A stretch of 54,767 nt of DNA from Planctomycetota bacterium (GTDB lineage Bacteria > Planctomycetota > UBA1135), in the NCBI GenBank assembly GCA_036396955.1, contig DASWJW010000235.1, positions 1-54,767 of the forward strand. The letters run 5' to 3'. Under the pieces are notes generated by a model. That model had not been told where the DNA came from and made no database searches. It saw only the letters and a program-made list of their open reading frames with translations. Position numbers and translations under genes: made by a program. Of the stretch, positions 33,873 through 42,815 are shown piece by piece (position 1 is the stretch's first letter; each line of letters starts with the position of its first letter).

Positions 33873-35014
33873 TCCACGACTCCGGGTCTGCACTTTCGGG
33901 AACGACGCGCCTCCAGCGCGGCCTTGAGGGCAAGGCCGAGCAGGGCGGAGAGCGCCAGGATCGAGGAACCGCCGCGGCTCACGAAGGGCAGCGGCAGGCC
34001 TTTTGGTGGTACGGCACCCGTTACGACCGCCATGTTCAATGCGGCCTGCACGGCGATCATCAGGGTGGCGGACGCCATCAAGATGGCGCCGTAACGCGTA
34101 TCGGCTTGCTGCGCGAGGCGCACGCCGAACACGGTGAGGGCGACGAACAGCCCCCAGAGCAGCACGGTGCCGCCGAGACCCCACTCTTCGGCGACGAGCG
34201 CGAGGATGAAATCGGTCTCGCCTTCCGGGACGTAGCCGTGCTTGAGCAGGCCTTCGCCCGGACCGCGACCGCCGAGCCCGCCGGCGGCGAAGGCCTCTTC
34301 GGCGCGCTCGATCTGGTAGGAACTGCCGTGGAGGAACTCCTTGAGCCGCGAATCGACGTGGTCGAACAGGAAGATCGCGATCAGCAGCGCCGCGACCGAC
34401 ACCGGCACCAGCAAGCGCAAGAAGCGCAACGGCGCGCCGGCGAAGAACAAGGTCATTCCGCTCACCCCCAGCAGGATCAGCACCGAACCGAGGTCGGGCT
34501 GCAGCAGAACCGGCACCATCAGCACCGCAAAACCGAACATCATCCGCCAGAGTTCGCGCGGCTGGCGCAAGCGCAGCGGATCGCGCGCGGCCCACGAGGA
34601 GAGCACGACCGGCCACAGGCACTGCAGCATCACCGACGGCTGGAAGCGAAAACCGCCGATCGACAGCCAGCGCTCGGCACCCTTGCTACGCTCGCCGATG
34701 CTGTCCGTCACGAGCATGCCGACCAGCAGGATCACGGTGAGCACGATCAAGCCGGGAATGGCCTTGCGTACCGCGTCGACCGGCAGCGAGAAGCAAGCCA
34801 GGAACGCCGCCAGGCCCATGCCGAGGTGCAGGCAGTGCAGCGACAGTTTGGACCAGGCCTCGCCCGGGGCGGCGGTGGAGACGCCGGCGATCAGGCCCAT
34901 GACCGCCAGGCACATCACGCAGGCGAGCAGCCAGCCGGCGGTCCGCCGCGCCGCCGGGAGCGAATGGCCGCGCGCCGGAGCCGACCGGGCGGTGTCTGCC
35001 GTGTTCGTGGTCAA
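33842..35014 (-). CDS. ftsW: FtsW/RodA/SpoVE family (SEDS) peptidoglycan glycosyltransferase
   Basis: Polytopic SEDS sequence (QPSVMLQ, PDLGS, ETDFILALVAEEWGLGG, GLPLPFVSRGGSS). TTG at 35014 overlaps the mraY stop (TTGA). Confidence 0.85.
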   Translation of the reverse strand: MTTNTADTARSAPARGHSLPAARRTAGWLLACVMCLAVMGLIAGVSTAAPGEAWSKLSLHCLHLGMGLAAFLACFSLPVDAVRKAIPGLIVLTVILLVGMLVTDSIGERSKGAERWLSIGGFRFQPSVMLQCLWPVVLSSWAARDPLRLRQPRELWRMMFGFAVLMVPVLLQPDLGSVLILLGVSGMTLFFAGAPLRFLRLLVPVSVAALLIAIFLFDHVDSRLKEFLHGSSYQIERAEEAFAAGGLGGRGPGEGLLKHGYVPEGETDFILALVAEEWGLGGTVLLWGLFVALTVFGVRLAQQADTRYGAILMASATLMIAVQAALNMAVVTGAVPPKGLPLPFVSRGGSSILALSALLGLALKAALEARRSRKCRPGVVEWTASNVLAS

Positions 35015-36147
35015 CGGACCTTGATGAGCAGCAGGCCGACGCAAGCGGACACGGCGCCGAAGATCCAGAAACGGGCCACGATCTTCTGTTCCGCCATGCC
35101 GGCGAGCTGGAACTTGTGGTGGATGGGGGCGATGGAGAACAGCCGCTTGCCGCCGCTGGCCTTGAACCAGAGGATCTGCAGCAGGCTGCTCGAGACTTCG
35201 AGCACGAACACGCCGGCCAGGAACGGCAGCACCAGTTCCTGCTTGGCGACCAGCGCCATGTAGCCGATCAGCGCGCCGAGCGGCAGCGATCCGGAATCGC
35301 CGAGGAAGATCTCGGCGGGGTGGCAATTGAACCACAGGAAGCCGAGCGTGGCGCCGAGCGCCGCCCCGCCGAGGACGGCGACCTCCCCCGCGCCAGGTAT
35401 GTGCGGCAAGTGCAGGTAGCCCGCGACCGAGGCGTTGCCGACCGCGTAGACGGCCAGGCTCAAGGCTGCGATGGAGATCAAGCCGGCGCCGCCGGCGAGA
35501 CCGTCGAGGCCGTCGGTCACGTTGACCGCGTGGCTGGTCGCCAGGATCACGAAACTCGTGAAAGCGACGAACAGCAACAAGCCCCACGCACCGAGGATCT
35601 CCGGCTGCGCGTACAGGCCCTTGAGCACCGGGAAGTAGATGTTGCTGATCTCGGGCCGGCCGGTGCGTTCGCCGAGCATCCAGAGAACGACCGCCACGTA
35701 GGTCGAGAGCGCGATCGTGGCGAGCAGTTTCGAGGTGCGCGACAGGCCATTGCGGCCCTTGTCGCGCTGCCATTTGACCCAGTCGTCGAGAAAGCCGAGC
35801 AGGCCCATCCCCACCAGCAAGACCGCGCCGAGCAGCACCAGCGGCTCGTCGGGGCGCGCGAACAGCAAAGTGGACGCGAGGATCGAAGCGGTCCAGAAGA
35901 CTCCGCCCATGGTGGGCGTGCGGTTCTTGCCGGCCTTGACGGCGATCGCTCCGACCGCGGCGCTGTCGCACGCGCCGGCGTTCTCGTGCACGCCGACTTC
36001 GCGCAGGCGGTCGATCACGCGCCGGCCGAGCCACAAGGCGAGCAAGAACGCGAACGCGCCGGCGAGCACGGCGCGCACGGTGATGTAGTGCAGGACCTGG
36101 AGCGGCTGCCAGAAGTCACTGAGCAACTCGACGACCCAAGCGATCAT
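35011..36147 (-). CDS. mraY: phospho-N-acetylmuramoyl-pentapeptide transferase
   Basis: Typical MraY motifs (PTMGG, DDWVK, NVTDGLDGLA, FLGDSGSLPLG, HHKFQ). Confidence 0.95.
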   Translation of the reverse strand: MIAWVVELLSDFWQPLQVLHYITVRAVLAGAFAFLLALWLGRRVIDRLREVGVHENAGACDSAAVGAIAVKAGKNRTPTMGGVFWTASILASTLLFARPDEPLVLLGAVLLVGMGLLGFLDDWVKWQRDKGRNGLSRTSKLLATIALSTYVAVVLWMLGERTGRPEISNIYFPVLKGLYAQPEILGAWGLLLFVAFTSFVILATSHAVNVTDGLDGLAGGAGLISIAALSLAVYAVGNASVAGYLHLPHIPGAGEVAVLGGAALGATLGFLWFNCHPAEIFLGDSGSLPLGALIGYMALVAKQELVLPFLAGVFVLEVSSSLLQILWFKASGGKRLFSIAPIHHKFQLAGMAEQKIVARFWIFGAVSACVGLLLIKVR

Positions 36148-37625
36148 GCGCGCGCTCTCCCCAGGTCCTGGGAGACGAACGCCGCGGCTGCGCCCGCCGC
36201 CACGCTCAGCGGCTCAAGGGCGGCGGCGCTGGCCGCCGCGAGGTGCCGCGCGGCGCGCTCCAACGGGGCGCACAGGCGGTCCAGTCCTTCCGCCCGCGAG
36301 GCCTTCAGAAGGACGACTCCGCCGGCCTCCACGCACCCGGCCAGCCACTCGGCGGCCTCCGGGGCGTCGGCGACCGGAATCACTTCGAGCGCCCGGCCGG
36401 CCCGCCCGGCGGCCGTGCGGGCGGCGTCGGCGATCCAGGCGCCGCCTCGGCCGACCGCGACCAGCCGGTCGATCTCGCTGGCAGCGACCTGCTCCCCCAC
36501 CTGGCGGTGCAGGCGCTCGGCGGCCGCACCAAGCTCGTGCATGGTGCCGAGGACCGCGGTGCGCCGACCGGCGCCGGGCCAGGCAGCCAGGACGCCGAGA
36601 GCTCCGAGCATGGCGCCGGGACTCGCGTTGTACGAGTCGTCGAGCACGGTGAGCGGACCGTAGTCCAGGCGCGTGAGCCGTCCCGGCGGCCGTTGCAGCA
36701 GGCCGAGCCGCTCGCGCAGCACGTCGCCCGGCACGCCCAGTTCCTGCGCGATGCCGAGCGCGCCGAGCGCGAGTTCGACTTCGTGCCGCGCGATCACGGG
36801 CAGCAGTGCATCGCCGATGCCGGGTATGCGGACGCGCCAGGCGCCGGGTCGGTTCGAAAGGATCTGCGCCGCGCCGGCGCCGCCGTCGAGCGTGTAGCTG
36901 CCGACTCTTCCGCACCACGCGGCGCGTTCGCCGGCGACGAGCGCTTCGACCGATTGCGGCAGCCAGATGCACCCGCTTTCGGGAACGCGCCGCGCAAGCT
37001 GCGACTTCTCGCGCACGATGGTGGCGAGATCGCTCATGCCCTCGAGGTGGACTTCGGTCAGCGCGGTGATCCAAGCATGCCGAGGCGGCGCGATCTGGAG
37101 CAGGCGATCCATTTCGCCCGGCGCATTGACGCCGTACTCGAGCACCAGGATGCGCGTGTCCGTGCCGGCTCCCAGCACCGCGAGCGGTAAGCCGCATTCG
37201 CTGTTGTAGGACGCCGGCGCCGCGTGCACGTTGGAATTGCGGCCGCCGAGCAGCGTGGTGACGAACTCCTTGCCGGTGGTCTTGCCGACGGTGCCGGTGA
37301 TGCCGACCACAGGAGCCCGCAAACGCTGCAAGTGCCAGCGCGCGAGGTCGCCGAGCGCGCGCAAGGGATCGCGCACCACCACGGTCGCAAGGCCTTCGGG
37401 GCGCGCGCCGCGGTCGGCGAGCACGAAGGCCGCCGCCGCGCCGGACTCGTGCACCTGCCGCAAGTAGCGGTGGCCGTCGGTGCGCGCCCCGTTGAGCGCG
37501 ACGAACAAGTCGCCTGGCCGCACGAGGCGGCTGTCGGTCGTCACTCCGGCGATGGGCTGCGCGCCTTCGCCCTGGAAGTGCCCGCCCACCGCGCGGCTGA
37601 CCTCGCCGACCGTCATGCCAAGCAT
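36144..37625 (-). CDS. murF: UDP-N-acetylmuramoyl-tripeptide--D-alanyl-D-alanine ligase
   Basis: TDSRLVRPGDLFVAL, P-loop GITGTVGKTTGKE, DDSYNASP. Has a ~30-aa Ala-rich C-terminal tail. ATGA overlap with mraY. Confidence 0.9.
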   Translation of the reverse strand: MLGMTVGEVSRAVGGHFQGEGAQPIAGVTTDSRLVRPGDLFVALNGARTDGHRYLRQVHESGAAAAFVLADRGARPEGLATVVVRDPLRALGDLARWHLQRLRAPVVGITGTVGKTTGKEFVTTLLGGRNSNVHAAPASYNSECGLPLAVLGAGTDTRILVLEYGVNAPGEMDRLLQIAPPRHAWITALTEVHLEGMSDLATIVREKSQLARRVPESGCIWLPQSVEALVAGERAAWCGRVGSYTLDGGAGAAQILSNRPGAWRVRIPGIGDALLPVIARHEVELALGALGIAQELGVPGDVLRERLGLLQRPPGRLTRLDYGPLTVLDDSYNASPGAMLGALGVLAAWPGAGRRTAVLGTMHELGAAAERLHRQVGEQVAASEIDRLVAVGRGGAWIADAARTAAGRAGRALEVIPVADAPEAAEWLAGCVEAGGVVLLKASRAEGLDRLCAPLERAARHLAAASAAALEPLSVAAGAAAAFVSQDLGRARA

Positions 37626-39073
37626 GTCACGGCCTCCTCGAGCTCGAGCCTGTCGTCGAAGGAATGCCGCACGCCGTCCACCTCCTGATAGTCCTCGTGG
37701 CCTTTGCCGGCGATCAACAGGACGTCGCCTGGCGCCAGCCGTTCGACGGCGGCGCGGATCGCCGCGCGCCGATCCAATTCGATTTCGGCGGCGCCGCGTT
37801 CGGCCCGGACTCCCGCCGCGACGGCGGCTGCGATCGCGGCCGGCGCCTCGGTGCGCGGATTGTCGGTCGTGACGACGCACCAGTCGGCGCCGCGCGCCGC
37901 AGCCGCGCCCATCGGCGCGCGCTTGTCGCGGTCGCGGTCGCCGCCGGCCCCGAAGACCACGCCGATCCGCGCCTGCGGCCACTCCTCGCGCAACGCGGCG
38001 AGCGCGCGCTCGAGCGCGGCCGGTGTGTGCGCGTAGTCGACGTACAAGCGCCAGGGCGAACTCGCGGCGATGCGTTCGAGCCGGCCGCGCGGCGCGACGA
38101 CCGCGGACAACCCCGCGGCGGCTTCGTCGACGCCGAGTCCGGCGCTGCGAGCGAGCCCGAAAGCGAGCAGCAGGTTCTCGGCGTTGTGCCGACCGGGGAC
38201 GCGCAGCGGGATCTCCGCGCTCCCCCACGCACCGGCAACGCTCAGCACCGCCGGGGCACCGGCGCGCACGCTGCCGCGCAGTTCGGCGTTGGGAACGTCG
38301 AGGCCCCAGCGCACGAGCCGCGCCCGGGTGCCGCGGCACGCCGCAGCCACCCGCGCATCGCCGGCCGGCACGAACGCCGGCGCGTCGGCGGGCAGCCCGT
38401 GCACCAGCTGCGCCTTGGCGCGCGCGTAGGCGTCGAGGTCGCCGTGGTAGTCGAGGTGGTCGTGGCTCAAATTCGTCCACGCCGCGGCATCGATCGACAA
38501 GCCTTCGAGGCGGCCTTGCGCGAGCCCGTGCGAGGACGCCTCGAGCACGAGCCCGCGTGCCCCGCGCGCCAGCACCTCGGCCAGCCATCCTTGCAGCACG
38601 TCGGCGGGCGGCGTGGTCAGATGCACGTCGAGCCGTTCGCCGCCGAACTCCAGTCCGAGAGTGCCGACGGCCGCGGTCGGAATCGTGCAGGACTGCAGAG
38701 CTTGCCGGACCCAGTGCACCACCGTGGTCTTGCCATTGGTGCCGGTGACCGCAGCAACCCAGAGTTCGCGCGACGGATGACCGGCGAGCGCGCACGCCGC
38801 ACGGGCGGCGAGCCGGGCGGCGCCCGGGGCCGCGCACTCGAGGACCGCGAGCGCGCCCCGGCGCTGCGCCTCGGCGACGAAACTGCGGCCGTCGGTGCGC
38901 AGTCCCGGCAGCGGGCAGAACAGGTCGCCGCTCTGCACGCGGCGCGAATCGAAGCAAGCCCGGCGCAACTGAGGGTCGTCGCCGCCGCTCGCAGCCAGCG
39001 CAGCCAAGGGACGCACGACTCCGCTCAAGGAATCCTGCCCTCCCAAACTCCGCGCCAGCTCGGACAAGCGCAT
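37613..39073 (-). CDS. murE: UDP-N-acetylmuramoyl-L-alanyl-D-glutamate--2,6-diaminopimelate ligase
   Basis: DSRRVQSGDLFCPL, P-loop VTGTNGKTT, DYAHTP, and a DNPR motif (TTDNPRTE) consistent with meso-DAP-type MurE. Confidence 0.9.
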   Translation of the reverse strand: MRLSELARSLGGQDSLSGVVRPLAALAASGGDDPQLRRACFDSRRVQSGDLFCPLPGLRTDGRSFVAEAQRRGALAVLECAAPGAARLAARAACALAGHPSRELWVAAVTGTNGKTTVVHWVRQALQSCTIPTAAVGTLGLEFGGERLDVHLTTPPADVLQGWLAEVLARGARGLVLEASSHGLAQGRLEGLSIDAAAWTNLSHDHLDYHGDLDAYARAKAQLVHGLPADAPAFVPAGDARVAAACRGTRARLVRWGLDVPNAELRGSVRAGAPAVLSVAGAWGSAEIPLRVPGRHNAENLLLAFGLARSAGLGVDEAAAGLSAVVAPRGRLERIAASSPWRLYVDYAHTPAALERALAALREEWPQARIGVVFGAGGDRDRDKRAPMGAAAARGADWCVVTTDNPRTEAPAAIAAAVAAGVRAERGAAEIELDRRAAIRAAVERLAPGDVLLIAGKGHEDYQEVDGVRHSFDDRLELEEAVTCLA

Positions 39074-39075
39074 GC

Positions 39076-40878
39076 TCACCTGGGAAGAACGATAGCTTGC
39101 GGAGAGGCGCGATCCAAGCGTCCCGCCGGCTCCAGCATTCCGCGCAGCTCCAGCGCGCGCCGAAGGATGCGTCCCGCGGCGGGTCCGGCGACCTGGCTTC
39201 CGTAATGTTGCTTGCCCGCCGGGTTCTCCGCCGCCACGACGATCACCACCGCCGGGTCCTCGATCGGACCAAAAGCGACGAAGAGCGACGTGTAGCCGTC
39301 TTCGTGCATCTTTGCGACCGTGCCGCTCTTGCCGCCCCAGCGCAGATCGTCCCATGCGGGCAGCCAGCGGCGGGAAGCCACCACTTCTTCGAGAGCCACC
39401 ACCACTTCGGCGGCGACCTCCGGCGTCACCAGGGCCGGAAGCATCTCGGGCACCGATTCCAGGAGGATGTGGGGCGCCGGAATGGGCCCGCCGCGCACCA
39501 GCCGCACGTACGCGTGCGCCAGGCGCAGCGGCGTCACGGTGAATTGATGGCCGAAAGACACCGACGGCACCGTGAAATTGCGGCCTTTTGACGCCCGCCA
39601 CTGCTCGTCGGGCGGCACCACGCCGGCCCTCTCGTGCGGCAACAGACCGGTCGGAGCGGCAAACTGCAGCTGATCGAGCAATTCGCGCACGCCTTCCACG
39701 CCGAGCGCGCGGCCGATCTTGGCCGCGCCGATGTTGGAGGACTGCACCAGGACTTCGTCCCAGGCGAGCGGCCGGTTCTCGACGCCCAAGGCGTTGCTGA
39801 TCACGCGGCCCGGCAGCCGCCAGTGGCCGCCGTGCTGCTCGAAGCGCTCTTCGCGCCCGATCGCGCCTTGCGAGAGAGCGCGCGCGACCACGAAAGGCTT
39901 CATGACGCTCCCGGGCTCGAACGGCTGGGTTGACCAGTCGGTCATGCCGGCGAGTTCGCGGCGCAGCTTGCCGTCCGGGCCCAAGGACTCGACCACGTCG
40001 AACGCGGCGCCGGGATTGGGGTCGAAGTCCGGCAGCGAACAGGTTGCGAGCAGGCCGCCGGTGCGCGCGTCGATCGCCACGGCGACGACCCACTTCGGCT
40101 TGTGTTCCGCCACCAGGCCTTCGAGCTCCGCACGGACGGCGGACCCGAGCGCGAGATCGAGCGTGGTGCGGACCGGCGCCGCCTCGGCGACGTCTTCGGC
40201 TTCGAGCAGTGGATTCACGCCGTGGCCGGCCCCGACCCGCATGTTGCGGCGCACGCCGGCGGCGCCGACCAGCCGCTCGTCGAGCGCGAGTTCGAGTCCG
40301 AAGCGTCCGCGCCGCACGGGGACGCCTTCGGCGTCGTCCGCGAAGCCCGTCAGTCCCAGCACGTGGGACAGCGCGCGGCCTTGCGGGTAGTGGCGCTCCC
40401 AGTAGGTCTCCACGCGGAGCCCGGCATCGGGCATGGGGCGGAGAATGGACTGGATCCGGCGGGAAGTCCCGGGGGACAACCCGCCGGCCAGCACTTTGTA
40501 ATTCTTGTCTGGATCAAGAAGGGGGTCGAGGAGCTCGTCCAAGCCGAGGCCTGCTGCCTGGGCGAGAGGGGCGAGTTCCGCGGCCGCCTCGGCGGGCGTG
40601 TAGCGCCCCGCGCGATGGCGGCGGAATCGGTACGGCTGGTCGAGCACCAGCCGCCCGCGCGGCAGGTCGAGCGCGAGCGGCCGGCCGAGGCGGTCGAGCA
40701 GCATGGCGCGGGGTGCGTCGACCACGTGTTCGGACTGCATCCGCTCGAGGGCGTGCACGGCGCGCTCGGGCGGCGCGAGCACCTGCAACTGGACGAGCCG
40801 CGTCAAGGACGCGGCGAACAGCAGTCCCAGCGGCAGCAGCAGCCAGAGCGGCCGCAGCGGAGTCCAGTCGCGGGTCAT
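39076..40878 (-). CDS. ftsI: class B penicillin-binding protein / peptidoglycan D,D-transpeptidase FtsI
   Basis: N-terminal TM anchor, PBP dimerisation domain, and transpeptidase motifs SVMK (SxxK), SSN and KSGT. Confidence 0.9.
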   Translation of the reverse strand: MTRDWTPLRPLWLLLPLGLLFAASLTRLVQLQVLAPPERAVHALERMQSEHVVDAPRAMLLDRLGRPLALDLPRGRLVLDQPYRFRRHRAGRYTPAEAAAELAPLAQAAGLGLDELLDPLLDPDKNYKVLAGGLSPGTSRRIQSILRPMPDAGLRVETYWERHYPQGRALSHVLGLTGFADDAEGVPVRRGRFGLELALDERLVGAAGVRRNMRVGAGHGVNPLLEAEDVAEAAPVRTTLDLALGSAVRAELEGLVAEHKPKWVVAVAIDARTGGLLATCSLPDFDPNPGAAFDVVESLGPDGKLRRELAGMTDWSTQPFEPGSVMKPFVVARALSQGAIGREERFEQHGGHWRLPGRVISNALGVENRPLAWDEVLVQSSNIGAAKIGRALGVEGVRELLDQLQFAAPTGLLPHERAGVVPPDEQWRASKGRNFTVPSVSFGHQFTVTPLRLAHAYVRLVRGGPIPAPHILLESVPEMLPALVTPEVAAEVVVALEEVVASRRWLPAWDDLRWGGKSGTVAKMHEDGYTSLFVAFGPIEDPAVVIVVAAENPAGKQHYGSQVAGPAAGRILRRALELRGMLEPAGRLDRASPQAIVLPR

Positions 40879-41117
40879 AGCTCCGGCTGGAGTTCGGCGT
40901 CGCGACGGCGCTGCTCGAGCCGCCACGCGACGGCTTGCGGCGAGCAGATGTCGGCCAGCAGGACCTGCACCACGCGCAGTTCCTGGCGGGAATCTTCGCG
41001 GAGCCGGAACTGCGCCTCCGCGCGCCCGCGCGCGCACAAGGCTTCGTTGCGCAACCCCACCCCAGCCAGCACTTCGACGACCGCAAGAGCGAGCAGCCCC
41101 CCGGCGCGGCCCGTCAC
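40875..41117 (-). CDS. small bitopic membrane protein in the FtsL position (FtsL-like)
   Basis: 80 aa with one TM helix (GGLLALAVVEVLAGVGL) followed by a charged helix. GTGA overlap with rsmH and ATGA overlap with ftsI. The call rests on position and topology only. Confidence 0.5.
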   Translation of the reverse strand: MTGRAGGLLALAVVEVLAGVGLRNEALCARGRAEAQFRLREDSRQELRVVQVLLADICSPQAVAWRLEQRRRDAELQPEL

Positions 41118-42055
41118 GCGTCCGCCCCCTTGCGGCGCAGCACGCGCAGCCTGGCGCTGCGGGCCCGCGGGTTGCGGCGGACTTCGGCCGCCGACGGTTC
41201 CTGGCCGCCGCGGACGAGTTCCTCGAATTGTCCCGACCGCACTTCGTTGCGCATCGCCTGCTTGGCGCGCCGTTCTTCCAGAGAGTGGAAACTGAGCGTC
41301 GCCAGCCGGCCGTCGGCCGCGAGCAGGCGCGGAGCCTGGCGGAGGAAGGCTTCGATCTCGTCGAGCTCCCGATTCACGACGATGCGCAGCGCCTGGAAGG
41401 TGCGCGTTGCGGGGTGGATGCTGTGCCGGCCGCGCGGCACGCCGCGTGCCACGAGCTCGGCGAGCTGCGAAGTCCGCAGCAGCGGCCCGTGGCGGCGCGC
41501 CTCGACCAGCATGTGGGCGATGCGGCGCGCGAAGCGCTCTTCTCCGTATTCCCTCAGCCAGCCTTCCAGTTCGTCCTCGCTGGCCCGCGCGAGCAGCACC
41601 GCCGCGCTGGTCTTCTGCGTGCGCGAATCCATGCGCATGTCGAGCGGCCCGTCGTTCAAGAACGAGAAACCGCGGTCGTAGTCCTCGAGCTGGTCGGACG
41701 ACACTCCGAAGTCGGCGATGATCCCGCTGACATTGCCGCGCCACGCCTCGGGCACGAAGTTGTCGAGCGAAGAGAACGGCGCGTGCACGAATTCCACCCG
41801 GTCGGCATGCGCGGCCAGCCGGTCGCGCGCGCGCTCAAGTGCGTCGGCGTCGCGGTCGACCGCGAGCAGGCGCACCTGCGGACTCGCCTCGAGCAAGCGC
41901 AAGGAGTGGCCGCCCCCGCCGACCGTCGCGTCGACGAAGCAGCCGCCCCGCTCGGGTTGGAGCGACTGGAGGATTTCCTCGACCATCACGGGCTCGTGGC
42001 GCGAAGGCCCGAGCGGTCCGGTCGAACGACACAGATCTCGACTCACTAGAATCAC
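41114..42055 (-). CDS. rsmH: 16S rRNA (cytosine1402-N4)-methyltransferase
   Basis: HEPVMVEEIL, SAM motif VDATVGGGGHS, DFGVSSDQLED, FHSLEERRAK. The GTG start overlaps the mraZ stop. Confidence 0.9.
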   Translation of the reverse strand: MILVSRDLCRSTGPLGPSRHEPVMVEEILQSLQPERGGCFVDATVGGGGHSLRLLEASPQVRLLAVDRDADALERARDRLAAHADRVEFVHAPFSSLDNFVPEAWRGNVSGIIADFGVSSDQLEDYDRGFSFLNDGPLDMRMDSRTQKTSAAVLLARASEDELEGWLREYGEERFARRIAHMLVEARRHGPLLRTSQLAELVARGVPRGRHSIHPATRTFQALRIVVNRELDEIEAFLRQAPRLLAADGRLATLSFHSLEERRAKQAMRNEVRSGQFEELVRGGQEPSAAEVRRNPRARSARLRVLRRKGADA

Positions 42056-42531
42056 GACTCCACTCCTTGAGGGTTCGTTCCGTTCGAAAAGTAGCCATCG
42101 GCCTTGTCGAGGTAGGTGCTGTGCGAAGCACCCGCCTCATTCCCGCTCCACGCCGCCGCGTCCCAGATCTCGACGTGGTCGACCGCACCCAGGACCACGA
42201 CGTCGGTGTCGAGAGACGCGCGCTTGCGCAGCTCTTCGGGCAGGTGGATCCGGCCTTGCGAATCCGGACACAGTTCGACCGACAGCGTGCCCATGCCGCG
42301 CATCACGCGGCGGTACTCTTGCGGCCCGTGCGGCGACTGGCGCAGGTGCTGCACGTGTTCCACGAAACCGCGCCGCGTGAACAGATACAGGCATTCGTCC
42401 AGTCCCATGGTCAGGACGAATTGCTGGCGCTCCTCGCCGTCCTTGATCGCTTCGACCAGTTTCTTGGGCAGGAACAGCCGACCCTTGGGGTCGATCTTGT
42501 GTTCGTAGGTCCCGAGAAACAGGTTGATCAT
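42052..42531 (-). CDS. mraZ: division/cell wall cluster transcriptional repressor MraZ
   Basis: Two SpoVT/AbrB-like repeats with DxxGR motifs (IDPKGRLFLP and DSQGRIHLP). It is the first gene of the dcw cluster. Confidence 0.95.
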   Translation of the reverse strand: MINLFLGTYEHKIDPKGRLFLPKKLVEAIKDGEERQQFVLTMGLDECLYLFTRRGFVEHVQHLRQSPHGPQEYRRVMRGMGTLSVELCPDSQGRIHLPEELRKRASLDTDVVVLGAVDHVEIWDAAAWSGNEAGASHSTYLDKADGYFSNGTNPQGVES

Positions 42532-42570
42532 GACGGGGGGTGGCGCGGCGCGCCTGTTGGCGGCAGATGG

Positions 42571-42605
42571 CTCCCCCTGGCTCCACCTTCCTCCATTACC
42601 CTCCC
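42571..42605 (-). promoter_or_regulatory. four direct (T/G)GGAG repeats with exact 10-bp phasing: candidate MraZ operator
   Basis: On the plus strand, CTCC starts at 42571, 42581, 42591 and 42601. The repeats lie immediately downstream of the predicted -10 and upstream of the mraZ ATG (42531). Confidence 0.55.
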
Positions 42606-42634
42606 GTTATAGCCACGTTTCCGGCACTTGTCAG
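42606..42634 (-). promoter_or_regulatory. sigma-70-like promoter for the dcw operon (-35 CTGACA, 17-nt spacer, -10 TATAAC)
   Basis: On the minus strand, CTGACA is at 42634..42629 and TATAAC at 42611..42606, with a 17-nt spacer. Each hexamer matches consensus at 5 of 6 positions. Confidence 0.5.
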
Positions 42635-42815
42635 CCGGAAATATCCACCACCCCCAAACTGCTGAATGGTGGTTCAACTCCTTTCCGGAAAGAGACTTCC
42701 ATCGCTCCCACCCAACCGGTCGGGGTTTCGCGCTAGGGCTGGTCCCCGCCGGACGGCCGGCCGGCGTGTCCTCCCCAGCGCTCCACCCGGCACCCGCCGG
42801 GGAACGCCGCCGGCT

